Shown: positions 27,181 to 38,045, numbered from the stretch's first letter. The stretch is DNA of 64,000 nucleotides from Candidatus Omnitrophota bacterium (GCA_028712255.1 JAQTQJ010000002.1:86846-150845), one strand, 5' to 3'. Notes: a model not told the origin generated them from the letters alone. Made by a program: numbers and translations.

Positions 27181-28443
27181 ATGAGAATTAATTTAATCTT
27201 AATATTATTTTGTTTAATCTGTTTTAACAGGGTATCTGCCGAGGAAAAACTTAATTGGGGTGATTGTATTAAAGAGGCTGCTAAGAATCACCCTGATTTA
27301 ATTGCTGCTTTGGAAACTGTTAAACAATCCGAGGCTTCTAAGCAGCAAACTGTAAGCGGCTTATTTCCTCAAATAACCGCGGATGCAAGTGGAACTAGAG
27401 CAAAAACTACAGGTAGCTCAGGCAGCACAACTACTGATACGTATAGTTATGGAGTAACTGGTACGCAGCTAATTTTCGACGGGGCCAAGACAATTAACAA
27501 TGTAAAGGCGGCTGCTGAAAACATATCTGCGGCAAAACAGGGTTTTAAATTTACCTCCACCACGGTTAGGTTTAGATTGCGTTCGGCGTTCATTGATCTC
27601 TTGAAAGCTCAGGAGTTGTTGCGTATTACTGAAGAGATTTATAATATACGTAGGGATAATTTAGAGTTAATTACTTTACGTTATAGTTCCGGGCTTGAAC
27701 ATAAAGGCGCCTTATTAACTGCCGAGGCGGATCTTGCTCAGGCAAAATACGGGATTTCCCAAAATAAGAGAGAAGTTGAGGTTGCCCAGAGAGAATTGGT
27801 TAAAGAAATGGGAAGAAAAGAGTTGACGCAGATATATGTTAATGGTGATTTCCAGGTAAAAGACAGTGCTGCAGAACAGCCTGATTTTACGAAATTGGCT
27901 AAAAACAATCCATCTTTACAACAACTTATTGCTCAGAAACGTTCAGCCGAATTTAGTTTAAAATCTACTTACGCTAACTTTTTTCCGGAACTTACCGGAA
28001 CTGCGGTGGCAAATAGAACAGGATCTCATTGGGCTCCCAGGCAAGATCAGTGGAGTTTAGGGTTAGGATTATCTTTGCCTTTATTTGAAGGTGGTTTAAG
28101 GATTGCGCAGGTTTCTCAGGCTAGTGCTTTAGTAAGGCAATTGAAGGAAAATCAGAGGAGTGCCTACGATGGAGCAATTTTGACATTACAGCAAACTTGG
28201 GCGTCTTTGCAGGATGCGATAGAAAATGTTTCTGTGCAGTATAAGGTGTTGATTGCTACGCAAGAACGTTCTAAGATTGCTCAGGCGCAATATTCAATCG
28301 GGCTGGTTAGTTTTGATAACTGGACGATCATTGAGGATAATTTGGTAAAAGCCAAAAGTAATTATTTAGATGCTCAAGCGGCTGCGTTGCTAGCCGAAGC
28401 AAAGTGGATTCAGGCCAAAGGGGAGGTTTTAGAATATGAATAA
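27181..28443 (+). CDS. TolC-family outer-membrane efflux protein
   Basis: signal peptide, two TolC repeats. Confidence 0.75.
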   Translation: MRINLILILFCLICFNRVSAEEKLNWGDCIKEAAKNHPDLIAALETVKQSEASKQQTVSGLFPQITADASGTRAKTTGSSGSTTTDTYSYGVTGTQLIFDGAKTINNVKAAAENISAAKQGFKFTSTTVRFRLRSAFIDLLKAQELLRITEEIYNIRRDNLELITLRYSSGLEHKGALLTAEADLAQAKYGISQNKREVEVAQRELVKEMGRKELTQIYVNGDFQVKDSAAEQPDFTKLAKNNPSLQQLIAQKRSAEFSLKSTYANFFPELTGTAVANRTGSHWAPRQDQWSLGLGLSLPLFEGGLRIAQVSQASALVRQLKENQRSAYDGAILTLQQTWASLQDAIENVSVQYKVLIATQERSKIAQAQYSIGLVSFDNWTIIEDNLVKAKSNYLDAQAAALLAEAKWIQAKGEVLEYE

Positions 28444-29407
28444 AAAATTAAAAATAGGTTTAATTGCCGTAGGAGTTTTGATTGTTATCGTTTTTATCGT
28501 GATGAAGTTTAAGCCTAAGGTGGATACGGATAGTGTTGTTAGAGAGATAAATCCTGTTCGCGGCTCAATCCAGGCGATTATATCGACTACCGGGACAGTT
28601 TTACCTAAAAACCGGCTTGAAATTAAACCTCCGGTTGGCGGACGGGTAGAAAGTGTTTTAGTTAAAGAAGGCCAAAAGGTTAAAGCAGGACAGATACTTG
28701 CCTGGATGAGTTCAACTGAAAGGGCGGCCCTTCTTGATGCTGCACGCGGCCAAGGGGAAGAAAAATTAAAATATTGGCAGGAGGCTTATAAACCAATAGC
28801 TTTGTTGGCTCCTATCAATGCAGAGGTTATTGTGGCTACGACTCAACCCGGGCAAACCGTAACTACCGCGGATGCAGTGGTTGTTTTGTCAGACAAGCTT
28901 ATCGCTCGGGCTCAGGTTGATGAAACAGATATAGGAAAAGTAAAGCTTGGGCAGAAAGCGATGGTTATTCTTGATGCTTACCCCAATACGAAGATTAAGG
29001 CTGCGGTTGAGCACATATATTATGAATCACAAACCGTAAATAATGTAACCATATATCCGGTTGACCTTCTTCCCGATAAAGTTCCGGAGTTTTTTCGTTC
29101 CGGGATGAATGCTACATTAGATTTTGTAGAGAAAAGTAAAGAAGATGTCCTGCTTGTTCCGGTGGGGGCTGTATATAGAGATAAACAAAAAAGTTTTGTT
29201 TTAATCAAAAAGGAAAACCAAGTTGAACCTGTGGTTCAAATGGTTGAATTGGGCATAACTGATGACAAAAATGTTGAGGTTATTTCCGGGGTTACCGAAA
29301 AAAATACGTTAATATTGAAAAATAAGCGATTTGTTCTTCCAAAAAGCAATACAGGCAGTAGTCCGTTTACGCCGTTTGGCCAGAAAAAAGAAGCGCCTAA
29401 AAAATAG
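28436..29407 (+). CDS. MacA-like periplasmic adaptor (HlyD/RND MFP family)
   Basis: TM anchor, lipoyl-like/beta-barrel domains; precedes macB. Confidence 0.75.
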   Translation: MNKKLKIGLIAVGVLIVIVFIVMKFKPKVDTDSVVREINPVRGSIQAIISTTGTVLPKNRLEIKPPVGGRVESVLVKEGQKVKAGQILAWMSSTERAALLDAARGQGEEKLKYWQEAYKPIALLAPINAEVIVATTQPGQTVTTADAVVVLSDKLIARAQVDETDIGKVKLGQKAMVILDAYPNTKIKAAVEHIYYESQTVNNVTIYPVDLLPDKVPEFFRSGMNATLDFVEKSKEDVLLVPVGAVYRDKQKSFVLIKKENQVEPVVQMVELGITDDKNVEVISGVTEKNTLILKNKRFVLPKSNTGSSPFTPFGQKKEAPKK

Positions 29408-29413
29408 TTTAAA

Positions 29414-31387
29414 ATGATTGAAATTAAAAATATATTTAAAACCTATTCCATGGGCCAGTCAGAGGTTAAGGCCCTAAATGATGTGTCTTTAAAGATCTCA
29501 TCCGGAGAGTTTGTAGCTATTATGGGGGCTTCTGGAAGCGGTAAGTCTACGCTCATGCATATTTTAGGTTTACTTGACCGTCCGGATTCAGGTTCTTATT
29601 ATTTGGGTGGCCGTGAGATTACCAAGTTGTCTGATGAAGAGTTGGCTACTTTACGAAACAGGACTATCGGTTTTGTTTTTCAGCAGTTTCATCTGTTGCC
29701 GCGTATGACTGCTCTTGAAAATGCTGAATTGCCTTTAATTTATGCGGGTAAAAGGCATTTAAAAGCAAGGGCTAAACAGGAGCTTGAGGATGTGGGTTTA
29801 AAAGAAAGAATTCTGCATCGGCCTAATGAAATGTCAGGAGGTCAGCAGCAGAGAGTTGCAATCGCCCGCTCTTTGGTTAACGAGCCTTTGATTATATTTG
29901 CGGATGAGCCTACTGGTAACCTGGATTCAAAAAGTAAAACCGAAATAATTACTATATTGCAAAAACTCAACCAAAAAGGAAAGACGGTAGTTATTGTCAC
30001 GCACGAACCAGAGATTGCTTCTTACTGCCGCAGAGTTATTCAGATGCGTGACGGGATAATTATTTCCGATGAGCGCAGGCAGCAAGAATCAAGAACAACC
30101 GAAGTGATTTCTATAGAGGATAATTTGGTAAATAGTATTCTCTCTAAACCGAGAAAAATTTCCGGAGAAACTAAATTCCTCGATTATCTACGCCAGGCAG
30201 TATCGGCTATGTTCTCCCATAAGATGCGTTCAGTTCTGTCTATTCTAGGTATATTAATTGGAGTTGCCGCGGTTATTGCTATGTTGGCATTAGGCCAAGG
30301 TGCTAAGGATGCTATTGAAAAACAATTGGCATCTTTAGGATCTAATCTTTTGGTAATTAGGCCTGGTTCTTCAAGGCTTCACGGTGTAGCAATGCAGACA
30401 GGTACGGTTACGCGCTTTACTCTAGAAGATGTGGCTGCTATTGGAAGGTTAACTGACGTGGTTAAGAGCGCTAGTCCTTCGGTGAGTGGACGCGGCCAGA
30501 TGGTTTACGGGAATACTAATTGGAATACACGGGTTGAAGGGGTGGGGGCTGAATATGAATTTATCCGTGCGACATCTCCGCCAGTAGGGAGATTTTTTAG
30601 TGAGAGTGAAGTAAAGATGAGAGATAAGGTTGTTTTACTTGGCACAACAGTAGTTAAAGAATTATTCGGAGAAGCCGATCCTATCGGCCAAACTATAAAA
30701 ATAAATCTGCTTAATTTTAAGGTAATCGGAATCCTACCTGCTAAAGGGGCTAATACTTTTCAAGATCAGGATGATACAGCGATTATTCCGATTACCACGG
30801 CTATGTTTCGGGTTTTTGGCAAGGAGTATGTTGATACTATTTACGTGGAAGCAAAAAGCCCGGATTTGATTGATATAGCTCAAACTGAAATATCTGATTT
30901 AATCATTAGGCTGCATCGGATTAATCCTAAAGAAGCAGGTGATTCATTCCAGATCCGTAATATGGCCGATATTAAGGATACGCTTGAGGCTACTACTAAA
31001 ACGATGTCATTGCTATTAGGCGCAATTGCTGCGATATCGCTTCTTGTCGGCGGCATTGGTATTATGAATATTATGCTTGTTTCGGTAACCGAACGAACGC
31101 GTGAGATCGGATTACGTAAGGCAATCGGAGCAACCAATAAAGATATTATGGTGCAGTTTCTTATTGAAGCGATGTTGATGTCATTTTTGGGTGGAGTCTT
31201 TGGCGTGGCGTCAGGATGGGCGGTAGCTTCCTTGATTACAATCTTTGCCGGATGGAGCGTAAAAGTTTCATTATTTTCTGTGCTTTTATCGACCATATTT
31301 TCTTTAGCCATCGGAATAATCTTCGGCATTTGGCCTGCCAAAAAAGCTTCCGGCCTTGATCCTATTGAAGCATTGCGTTATGAATAA
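29414..31387 (+). CDS. macB: MacB-type ABC transporter (fused ATPase + FtsX permease)
   Basis: GASGSGKST, MSGGQQQRVAIARS, IFADEPTGNLD; C-terminal 4-TM FtsX domain. Confidence 0.85.
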   Translation: MIEIKNIFKTYSMGQSEVKALNDVSLKISSGEFVAIMGASGSGKSTLMHILGLLDRPDSGSYYLGGREITKLSDEELATLRNRTIGFVFQQFHLLPRMTALENAELPLIYAGKRHLKARAKQELEDVGLKERILHRPNEMSGGQQQRVAIARSLVNEPLIIFADEPTGNLDSKSKTEIITILQKLNQKGKTVVIVTHEPEIASYCRRVIQMRDGIIISDERRQQESRTTEVISIEDNLVNSILSKPRKISGETKFLDYLRQAVSAMFSHKMRSVLSILGILIGVAAVIAMLALGQGAKDAIEKQLASLGSNLLVIRPGSSRLHGVAMQTGTVTRFTLEDVAAIGRLTDVVKSASPSVSGRGQMVYGNTNWNTRVEGVGAEYEFIRATSPPVGRFFSESEVKMRDKVVLLGTTVVKELFGEADPIGQTIKINLLNFKVIGILPAKGANTFQDQDDTAIIPITTAMFRVFGKEYVDTIYVEAKSPDLIDIAQTEISDLIIRLHRINPKEAGDSFQIRNMADIKDTLEATTKTMSLLLGAIAAISLLVGGIGIMNIMLVSVTERTREIGLRKAIGATNKDIMVQFLIEAMLMSFLGGVFGVASGWAVASLITIFAGWSVKVSLFSVLLSTIFSLAIGIIFGIWPAKKASGLDPIEALRYE

Positions 31388-31414
31388 TAGGGACAGCGAC
31401 CGTTTATTTTTAAA

Positions 31415-31498
31415 GTGTCATTGCGAGGAGGGCCAAGCCCGACGAAGCAATCCATGCATTAGATTGCTTCGCTCGCTACCGCTCGCTCGCAATGACAC
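31415..31498. repeat. nested palindromic intergenic element (family A)
   Basis: GTGTCATTGCGAGGAGGGCCAAGCCCGACGAAGCAATC ... GATTGCTTCGCTCG...CTCGCAATGACAC. Confidence 0.7.
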
Positions 31499-31514
31499 AT
31501 AAAATTTTAAAATA

Positions 31515-32633
31515 ATGAAAATTTTAACCCAATTTGAAAGAAAACCTCTTTTATTTCAGGATCCGGAATTTATCATATCCTGCACGGATCCGGAATTTTT
31601 TGTAAAAAGTTTTGAGGGTATCGAGAGTGCTCTTGATAAAGGTTATTATTTGGCCGGGTTTATTTCTTATGAGGCTGGGTATTATTTTGAGAAAAAATTA
31701 TACAAAGATAAACAATATGATTTTCCGCTTATCTATTTAGGGGCATATAGGAGGCCGCAGAAAAATAAAATTCATTATTCTAGAGAGATTCCTGTAGGCT
31801 ATTTGGAAAATCTATCGTTAAACATTACCCGTAAGCAGTATTCTTTAGATATAGAAACAATCCGCGACTATATTGCCAAAGGTGATGTATACCAGATTAC
31901 TTATTGCATTAAACTTCTTTTTAAATATTGCGCCGACCCGCTGCGCCTTTATTATCAGCTTTTTAATGAACAGCCTGTGCCGTATCCTGCCTATATTCAA
32001 ACAGATAAATTTCATATTCTTTCATTATCACCGGAATTATTTCTCAAGAAGAATTATACTTGCCTGGTAACTAAACCGATGAAAGGCACCTGGCCGCGGG
32101 GAGTAAATATCTTTTCTGACCTATTTGCTCCCATACACCTTAAATATGACAAAAAAAACCGGGCAGAAAATGTAATGATTGCTGATCTTTTAAGAAATGA
32201 CTTAGGAAGGCTTGGAGTTAGTATTAAGGCGCCGACATTATTTGAGGTAGCCAGGTATAAAACTCTTTGCCAGATGACCTCTACCGTGACTGCTAAGATA
32301 GACAAAAGGATATCTATCTACAAACTTTTTTCTTCAGTTTTTCCTTCCGGATCGGTTACCGGGGCTCCGAGGATTCGCGCTATGCAGGTAATAAATGAGC
32401 TAGAGAGACAGGAGCGCAAGATTTACACTGGTGCTATCGGATATATCAGCCCAGATAGGGATCTATTTTTTAATATTCCTATTCGTACACTTTTAATCCA
32501 GGGGGATCAGGGAGAGATGGGTATAGGCGGTGGGATTGTCTGGGATTCGACGCCTGAGGGGGAGTGGAATGAGGGATTGCTTAAGGCTAAGTTCCTTACC
32601 GGTCTTTCCAAAGCGCCTTTTACTCCAGAATAG
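31515..32633 (+). CDS. pabB: chorismate-utilising enzyme, aminodeoxychorismate/anthranilate synthase component I-like
   Basis: chorismate-binding C-terminal motifs PSGSVTGAPRIRAMQVINELE, GIGGGIVWDS. Confidence 0.65.
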   Translation: MKILTQFERKPLLFQDPEFIISCTDPEFFVKSFEGIESALDKGYYLAGFISYEAGYYFEKKLYKDKQYDFPLIYLGAYRRPQKNKIHYSREIPVGYLENLSLNITRKQYSLDIETIRDYIAKGDVYQITYCIKLLFKYCADPLRLYYQLFNEQPVPYPAYIQTDKFHILSLSPELFLKKNYTCLVTKPMKGTWPRGVNIFSDLFAPIHLKYDKKNRAENVMIADLLRNDLGRLGVSIKAPTLFEVARYKTLCQMTSTVTAKIDKRISIYKLFSSVFPSGSVTGAPRIRAMQVINELERQERKIYTGAIGYISPDRDLFFNIPIRTLLIQGDQGEMGIGGGIVWDSTPEGEWNEGLLKAKFLTGLSKAPFTPE

Positions 32634-32729
32634 TTTGAAAAAAGTGACAGTCACTGTCGTGTCTAATTTAATTATGGTTGACAAGCCGGATTTAAGGGGT
32701 ATAATATAATAAAGATTAGAGAATTTTAC

Positions 32730-32766
32730 GCCGCCAAGGACACCAACTAACCTTTGCGGCTTTTTT
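32730..32766 (+). terminator. rho-independent terminator (probably for pabB)
   Basis: GCCGCCAAGG-N11-CCTTTGCGGC + TTTTTT; preceded at 32678-32705 by a TTGACA-16-TATAAT promoter-like sequence. Confidence 0.5.
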
Positions 32767-32946
32767 ATGGTTTTATGGGTTAAGGAGGTGCAAGATCAAA
32801 AAAATAAAGACTTCACTCAAAGGAAGAAAATGTAAATATTTACACTGTAAGAACATTCTGAGTATTTATAATCATGAATCTTATTGTCATATTCACCTGG
32901 GTCTTTTAGCTTATGATGATAAACCTAAGATGATGGCTAAAGCCGC

Positions 32947-34224
32947 ATGAATAGCAAGCCGATAATTACAAATAATACTGTACAAGTTAGCGCTAATTTT
33001 TATGGTTTAGGTATCGCTCCGAAAATCTTAGATATTTTAGAGCGTATGAAATTTAAAGTACCTACGCCTATTCAGCTAAAAGCAATACCTCTTGCCCTCG
33101 AAGGGAAGGATATTGTGGGCATTGCCCAGACTGGAACCGGCAAGACACATTCTTTTGCTATTCCGATGGTGCAGCGTCTTGTGCAGAAAAAGGGAATAGG
33201 GCTTGTGCTTGCTCCGACCAGAGAATTGGCGATTCAGATTGATGAAGCTTTTCAGGAAATTGCCCGCGCATTTAGCATGAAAACTGCTTGCCTTATTGGC
33301 GGAGCGCCGATGCCTCCTCAGGTGCAGGCTTTGCGCAGGGATCCGCATATAGTTATTGCAACACCCGGAAGGTTAATTGACCATATGTCGCAGTGGAATT
33401 TTATGCCGGATAGTGTGGTTATGCTTGTGCTTGATGAAGCCGACCGTATGCTGGATATGGGTTTTGCTCCGCAGATCGAGAAAATCCTACGTTTCCTGCC
33501 TAAAGACCGGCAAACGATGTTGTTTTCAGCGACTATGCCCAAAGAGATTATGAATATTGCCGCTAAATATATGAAATTGCCTTTGAGCGTTGAGATTGCC
33601 CCTTCAGGTACTACTGCCGAGCGCGTTACTCAGGAATTATTTATTGTTAAAAAAGAGGCCAAGACCCAATTATTAAAAAAATTGCTTGCTCAATATCATG
33701 GGGCAGTTTTATTATTTTCACGCACAAAATATAATGCCAAAAAAATCGTCAGATCCATCAGAGATATGGGGTATTCGGCTTCGGAGATACATTCCAATCG
33801 GTCCTTAGCCCAGCGCAGGGATGCCTTGGAAGGTTTTAAATCCGGTAAATACAGGGTATTGGTTGCTACTGATATTGCTTCCCGCGGAATTGACGTTACT
33901 GGTATTGAGTTAGTAGTTAATTATGATTTACCTGAGGATGCGGAGAATTATGTGCATCGTATCGGGCGCACTGCCCGCGCAGGGCATAAAGGGCACGCTA
34001 TTTCCTTTGCTACTCCTGATCAAGGTCATGATGTGCGTGATATTGAAAAACTTATTAAGGCAACACTTCCGGTATCAAAACATGCTGAGCTTACCCTTGA
34101 TAAATTTAGTGAATCCAGCCGTCAGTTTGGCCGCGCTTCAAACCATCAATCAAGAAATGGGCAGCCAAGGTATGCACAGGCGAAAAAACCCTTTCGATAT
34201 CCCAAACCTAAATTTTATCGTTAG
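32947..34224 (+). CDS. DEAD-box ATP-dependent RNA helicase
   Basis: Q-motif, AQTGTGKT, PTRELA, DEAD, SAT, HRIGRTARAG; basic C-terminal tail. Confidence 0.85.
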   Translation: MNSKPIITNNTVQVSANFYGLGIAPKILDILERMKFKVPTPIQLKAIPLALEGKDIVGIAQTGTGKTHSFAIPMVQRLVQKKGIGLVLAPTRELAIQIDEAFQEIARAFSMKTACLIGGAPMPPQVQALRRDPHIVIATPGRLIDHMSQWNFMPDSVVMLVLDEADRMLDMGFAPQIEKILRFLPKDRQTMLFSATMPKEIMNIAAKYMKLPLSVEIAPSGTTAERVTQELFIVKKEAKTQLLKKLLAQYHGAVLLFSRTKYNAKKIVRSIRDMGYSASEIHSNRSLAQRRDALEGFKSGKYRVLVATDIASRGIDVTGIELVVNYDLPEDAENYVHRIGRTARAGHKGHAISFATPDQGHDVRDIEKLIKATLPVSKHAELTLDKFSESSRQFGRASNHQSRNGQPRYAQAKKPFRYPKPKFYR

Positions 34225-34420
34225 CAGGGTCAAAGGTGATAGTCATCTTTTTTGTTATATAATAATTCCCGCCACAAAGATTCCCGCCACAAATCCCAGC
34301 GCAGCCGCCAATTCTTATGGCGCAGGCGGGTCCTCCAAAGCAGTAATGGCGGAAATTTCTTGTTTTTTTAATCTCTCACCCTATAATAGGTATATCTGTT
34401 TTGGTTCCTTAACTTAAAAT

Positions 34421-35179
34421 ATGAAGAAAATAAACATAAAGAAATTATTATTTTTTAGTTTATTACTTTTTTTCTTTATTGCTTTAGCGATAGGTTCATT
34501 TACCGTATTTTTTGATCAGGCAGTAATTGTAAGAAGGGATACGATTTATCGCGTTCCTTCTAAAGAAAAAGTAGTAGCTTTGACCTTTGATGACGGCCCG
34601 TCTTTGATCTGGACTCCTCAAATCTTAGCTGTACTTAAGGCGGAGGATGTTAAGGCGACATTTTTTATGATTGGTGAACATGTTCAGCAATTTCCGGAAT
34701 TAGCCATGAGTGTTGCCGAGGCAGGCCATGAGGTAGGTAATCATACTTATGATCACCACGGTATATTTTATTATAAGCCTGATGAATTAAATAAAGAAGT
34801 GGAGGAGGCGGAAAAGATAATAAAGATTGCTACAGGTGTTAAAACTAAATATTTTCGCCCGCCTAAGGCTTGGCTTACGAAACAAGAGAAGCAACAGCTC
34901 AAGGATATGGGTTATGAAACTGTACTCTGGTCGTTAAATTCCAAAGATTGGGTTACTTTTGATGATCGTTATATCGTAAACTATATATTGCATCATATTC
35001 GTCCGGGAGATATACTTCTTTTTCATGATAGTGGAGGAGTATTTAAGCCTGAGGGCGGAAACCGTAAGGAAACAGTAAAAGCAGTAAGCCGTTTGATTGA
35101 GAAACTAAAACAGCGCGGTTACAGGTTTGTAACTATTAGCCAGCTTCTGGGGCTACAGGTAAAAGATGAAAAGCAATAA
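34421..35179 (+). CDS. polysaccharide deacetylase (NodB homology) with N-terminal TM anchor
   Basis: LTFDDGP, HEVGNHTYDHH motifs. Confidence 0.75.
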   Translation: MKKINIKKLLFFSLLLFFFIALAIGSFTVFFDQAVIVRRDTIYRVPSKEKVVALTFDDGPSLIWTPQILAVLKAEDVKATFFMIGEHVQQFPELAMSVAEAGHEVGNHTYDHHGIFYYKPDELNKEVEEAEKIIKIATGVKTKYFRPPKAWLTKQEKQQLKDMGYETVLWSLNSKDWVTFDDRYIVNYILHHIRPGDILLFHDSGGVFKPEGGNRKETVKAVSRLIEKLKQRGYRFVTISQLLGLQVKDEKQ

Positions 35180-36821
35180 ATTTATAAAACATATTATTGT
35201 TTTAGCTATCCTTTCATATTTTTGTTTTATGTTTGGCAACGGTTTGCTTAGCCTTACTATCCCCGATGAAGTTTTTTATGCTCAAACTGCTAAAGAGATG
35301 GCCCAGCAGCATAGCTGGATGACTCCTTATTTATTTGGCCAGCCGCAGTTTGAAAAACCGATATTTCTTTATTGGTTGCTAAGATTAGGATTTATGATTT
35401 TTGGGATAACCAGTTTTGCTGCCAGGTTTTTCCCTGCATTATTTGGAATAATAGGAGTAATTGCTGTCTATCTACTTGGAAGGATAGGTTTTAAGGATCC
35501 AAATAAAGCTTTTATTTCAGCAATAGTTTTGATGACTGGTGGGCTCTATATAGGCTTGGCCCGTACCGTATTTACGGATTTGATTTTTGGTGTATTTATT
35601 CTGCTATCTTTATTATTCTTTTATTGGGGGTATTCATTTGTCAACAGAAAAGGCTTAGGAATAAAGTTATTTTTTGTTTTTGCGGCCTTGGCAACTTTAA
35701 CTAAGGGGCCTTTAGGTTTACTCATTCCCTTCTTAACTGTAGCCTCATTTTTGTTTATCAAAAATGATTTAAAATATTTGATTGATCGGTATTGGCTTGG
35801 GGGATTATTAATTTTTGGATTAATCGCTTTGCCTTGGTATTTGCTGATGTTTAAGCTCTATGGCAATACTTTTATTCAGGAATTTTTCTATAATGATCAT
35901 TTTAGAAGAATTATTGAAGCCGAGCATATTGGAAATGATACCTGGTATTTTTATCCTTTATCTATGGTAGGCTGTATTTTTCCCTGGAGTATTTTTTTTA
36001 TAGCTTCCTTATTTTTCCTGCCGAGATATTTAAAACAGAAAGATAATCATTTTTACGTTTTTTTAATCTGCTTGATAGCCGCTGTTTTGATTATTTTTCA
36101 GAGCGCGCATTCCAAATTAGTAAGTTATATTTTTCCGCTTTTTCCTGCGCTAGCGTTATTAACGGGTAATTTTATTATTGATTTAATCACTAAAGAGAAG
36201 AAGCGGCTAATTTACTCTATTTTATTCTCTTGTTTGTTCATTGTTTTCCTAGTTCCTGTAGCTTTCAAAGTTGTTTCTTTTTGGTTTAAGGGTTATTTGA
36301 ATCCTTATATCCCATCGCAATTACTAATTAATTTTTTTATTTTTATATTTTTGGTATTCGGTTTCACCATGTTTTTTTTAATAATAAAAAGAAAAATATT
36401 AAAAAGTATTTATTGCCTAGCTTTGTTTGTTCCTTTAACGTTATACTTTACTCCATTTGTTAAAAACGATATCGAGCCTTATCTTTCTCCTAAATACTCC
36501 TGTGAATATCTGTTTAAGAATTATAAAATTGATAACATGATTTTGAGTTCTAAGTTTTTTGTGCGTGGGGTAAAGTATTATACGGATAAAGAAGTAGCAG
36601 TAATTGATGTACCGGGGACTCCTTTTTTTAGTCCGCATCCGATACCTTTTTTAAACTCTGAAATTAAGATACGTGATTTTTTACGTAAGCAGAAAATCAC
36701 TTATTGTGTTTTAAAGGAAAGTTCAGTGGAAGATATTCAACGTATTACTTCAGGTTTATTTAAATATACGGTGCTAAAGGTTATCGGCAACGAATATATC
36801 CTAAAGATCGAAACGCTCTAG
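35166..36821 (+). CDS. ArnT/PMT-family GT-C glycosyltransferase (undecaprenyl/dolichyl-phosphate-sugar dependent)
   Basis: N-terminal loop DE motif (IPDEVFYAQTAKEM), ~12 TM, C-terminal periplasmic domain. Confidence 0.7.
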   Translation: MKSNKFIKHIIVLAILSYFCFMFGNGLLSLTIPDEVFYAQTAKEMAQQHSWMTPYLFGQPQFEKPIFLYWLLRLGFMIFGITSFAARFFPALFGIIGVIAVYLLGRIGFKDPNKAFISAIVLMTGGLYIGLARTVFTDLIFGVFILLSLLFFYWGYSFVNRKGLGIKLFFVFAALATLTKGPLGLLIPFLTVASFLFIKNDLKYLIDRYWLGGLLIFGLIALPWYLLMFKLYGNTFIQEFFYNDHFRRIIEAEHIGNDTWYFYPLSMVGCIFPWSIFFIASLFFLPRYLKQKDNHFYVFLICLIAAVLIIFQSAHSKLVSYIFPLFPALALLTGNFIIDLITKEKKRLIYSILFSCLFIVFLVPVAFKVVSFWFKGYLNPYIPSQLLINFFIFIFLVFGFTMFFLIIKRKILKSIYCLALFVPLTLYFTPFVKNDIEPYLSPKYSCEYLFKNYKIDNMILSSKFFVRGVKYYTDKEVAVIDVPGTPFFSPHPIPFLNSEIKIRDFLRKQKITYCVLKESSVEDIQRITSGLFKYTVLKVIGNEYILKIETL

Positions 36822-36832
36822 AATAATTAGGT

Positions 36833-38044
36833 ATGAATAATCACAAAAAATCTGCATTTCAATTAATTCTGCTTTTCGGGCTGGTTAGCCTTTTTGGAGA
36901 TATGGTTTATGAGGGGGCCCGTTCTGTCAATGGGCCGTACCTTAAAACGCTCGGAGCCAATGCTGCGATAGTTGGATTGGTTGCCGGGGTTGCTGAATTC
37001 TTAGGGTATGCGATACGCCTGCTGTCAGGATATTTTGCCGATAAGACAAGAGCCTATTGGCTTTTTACCTTTTTAGGTTATGGGTTGTTAATCAGTGTGC
37101 CTTTACTTTCTTTGGCCGGAATATGGCAGGTTGCGGTTATTTTTATCATTATGGAAAGATTAGGCAAGGCTTTGCGTAGCCCGGCAAGGGATACTATTCT
37201 TTCACAAGCCACTAAGCAGGTAGGTACGGGGATTGGTTTTGCCATAGCTGAGGTACTTGATCAGATTGGAGCAATCAGCGGCCCGTTAATTTTTACCTTA
37301 CTTTTTGTGATTCTCGGTAAAGGGGAACGCAACCTAGTAGACTATCAGCGTGGTTATGTTTTACTTTGGGTTCCGTTGATTTTAGTTTTACTCTGTCTTA
37401 TTTTTGCCTGGCGCCGAATACCTCATCCTGAAGTTTTAGAGGAAGCAGCGATTAAAAATCCGCCAACAGATAAACTAAGTAAAGTTTTTTGGATTTATAC
37501 CATTTTTACTTTTGTTACTACACTTGGGTTTGCTAATTTTGCTTTAATCGGTTATCACCTGAAAGCCAAGCATGTACTTACTGATGCGCAGATTCCTTTA
37601 TTTTACGCTTTGGCTATGGGGGTTGACGCCGTAGCAGCTTTGGCCATTGGAAAGATCTACGACGTTTTTAAGTTAAGGCACGATAATGAAAAGGCAGGTT
37701 TAATTACTTTAATTGCTATCCCGGTTTTTTCGTTATTTATTCCCTTGCTTGTTTTTTCTAACAGTTTTTCTTTAGTTTTAACAGGAGCAATTATCTGGGG
37801 TGTCGTTATGGGCTGTCATGAAACAGTGATGAGGTCCGCAATCGCAGACACTACTGCATTAAAGAAAAGAGGAACAGGTTATGGCATATTTAATACCGCT
37901 TATGGCTTGGCAGTCTTTATTGGTAGCGTGTTCGTAGGCTTGCTATATGAGCATTCTATATTTGCGGTTATTGCTATTAGTATTATTATTGAAATAGCGG
38001 CGATATTTGTATTTTTTATTTTGAAAAAAGAAGTTTTAAAATAA
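36833..38044 (+). CDS. MFS transporter
   Basis: 12 TM, two 6-TM halves. Confidence 0.75.
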   Translation: MNNHKKSAFQLILLFGLVSLFGDMVYEGARSVNGPYLKTLGANAAIVGLVAGVAEFLGYAIRLLSGYFADKTRAYWLFTFLGYGLLISVPLLSLAGIWQVAVIFIIMERLGKALRSPARDTILSQATKQVGTGIGFAIAEVLDQIGAISGPLIFTLLFVILGKGERNLVDYQRGYVLLWVPLILVLLCLIFAWRRIPHPEVLEEAAIKNPPTDKLSKVFWIYTIFTFVTTLGFANFALIGYHLKAKHVLTDAQIPLFYALAMGVDAVAALAIGKIYDVFKLRHDNEKAGLITLIAIPVFSLFIPLLVFSNSFSLVLTGAIIWGVVMGCHETVMRSAIADTTALKKRGTGYGIFNTAYGLAVFIGSVFVGLLYEHSIFAVIAISIIIEIAAIFVFFILKKEVLK

Positions 38045-38045
38045 T

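Noticed and set aside
33923-34417. 164-aa + strand ORF overlapping the helicase 3' end and the following intergenic region
   Set aside because: Different frame within the helicase CDS, then runs through tandem-repeat and GC-rich intergenic sequence; no RBS or domain.
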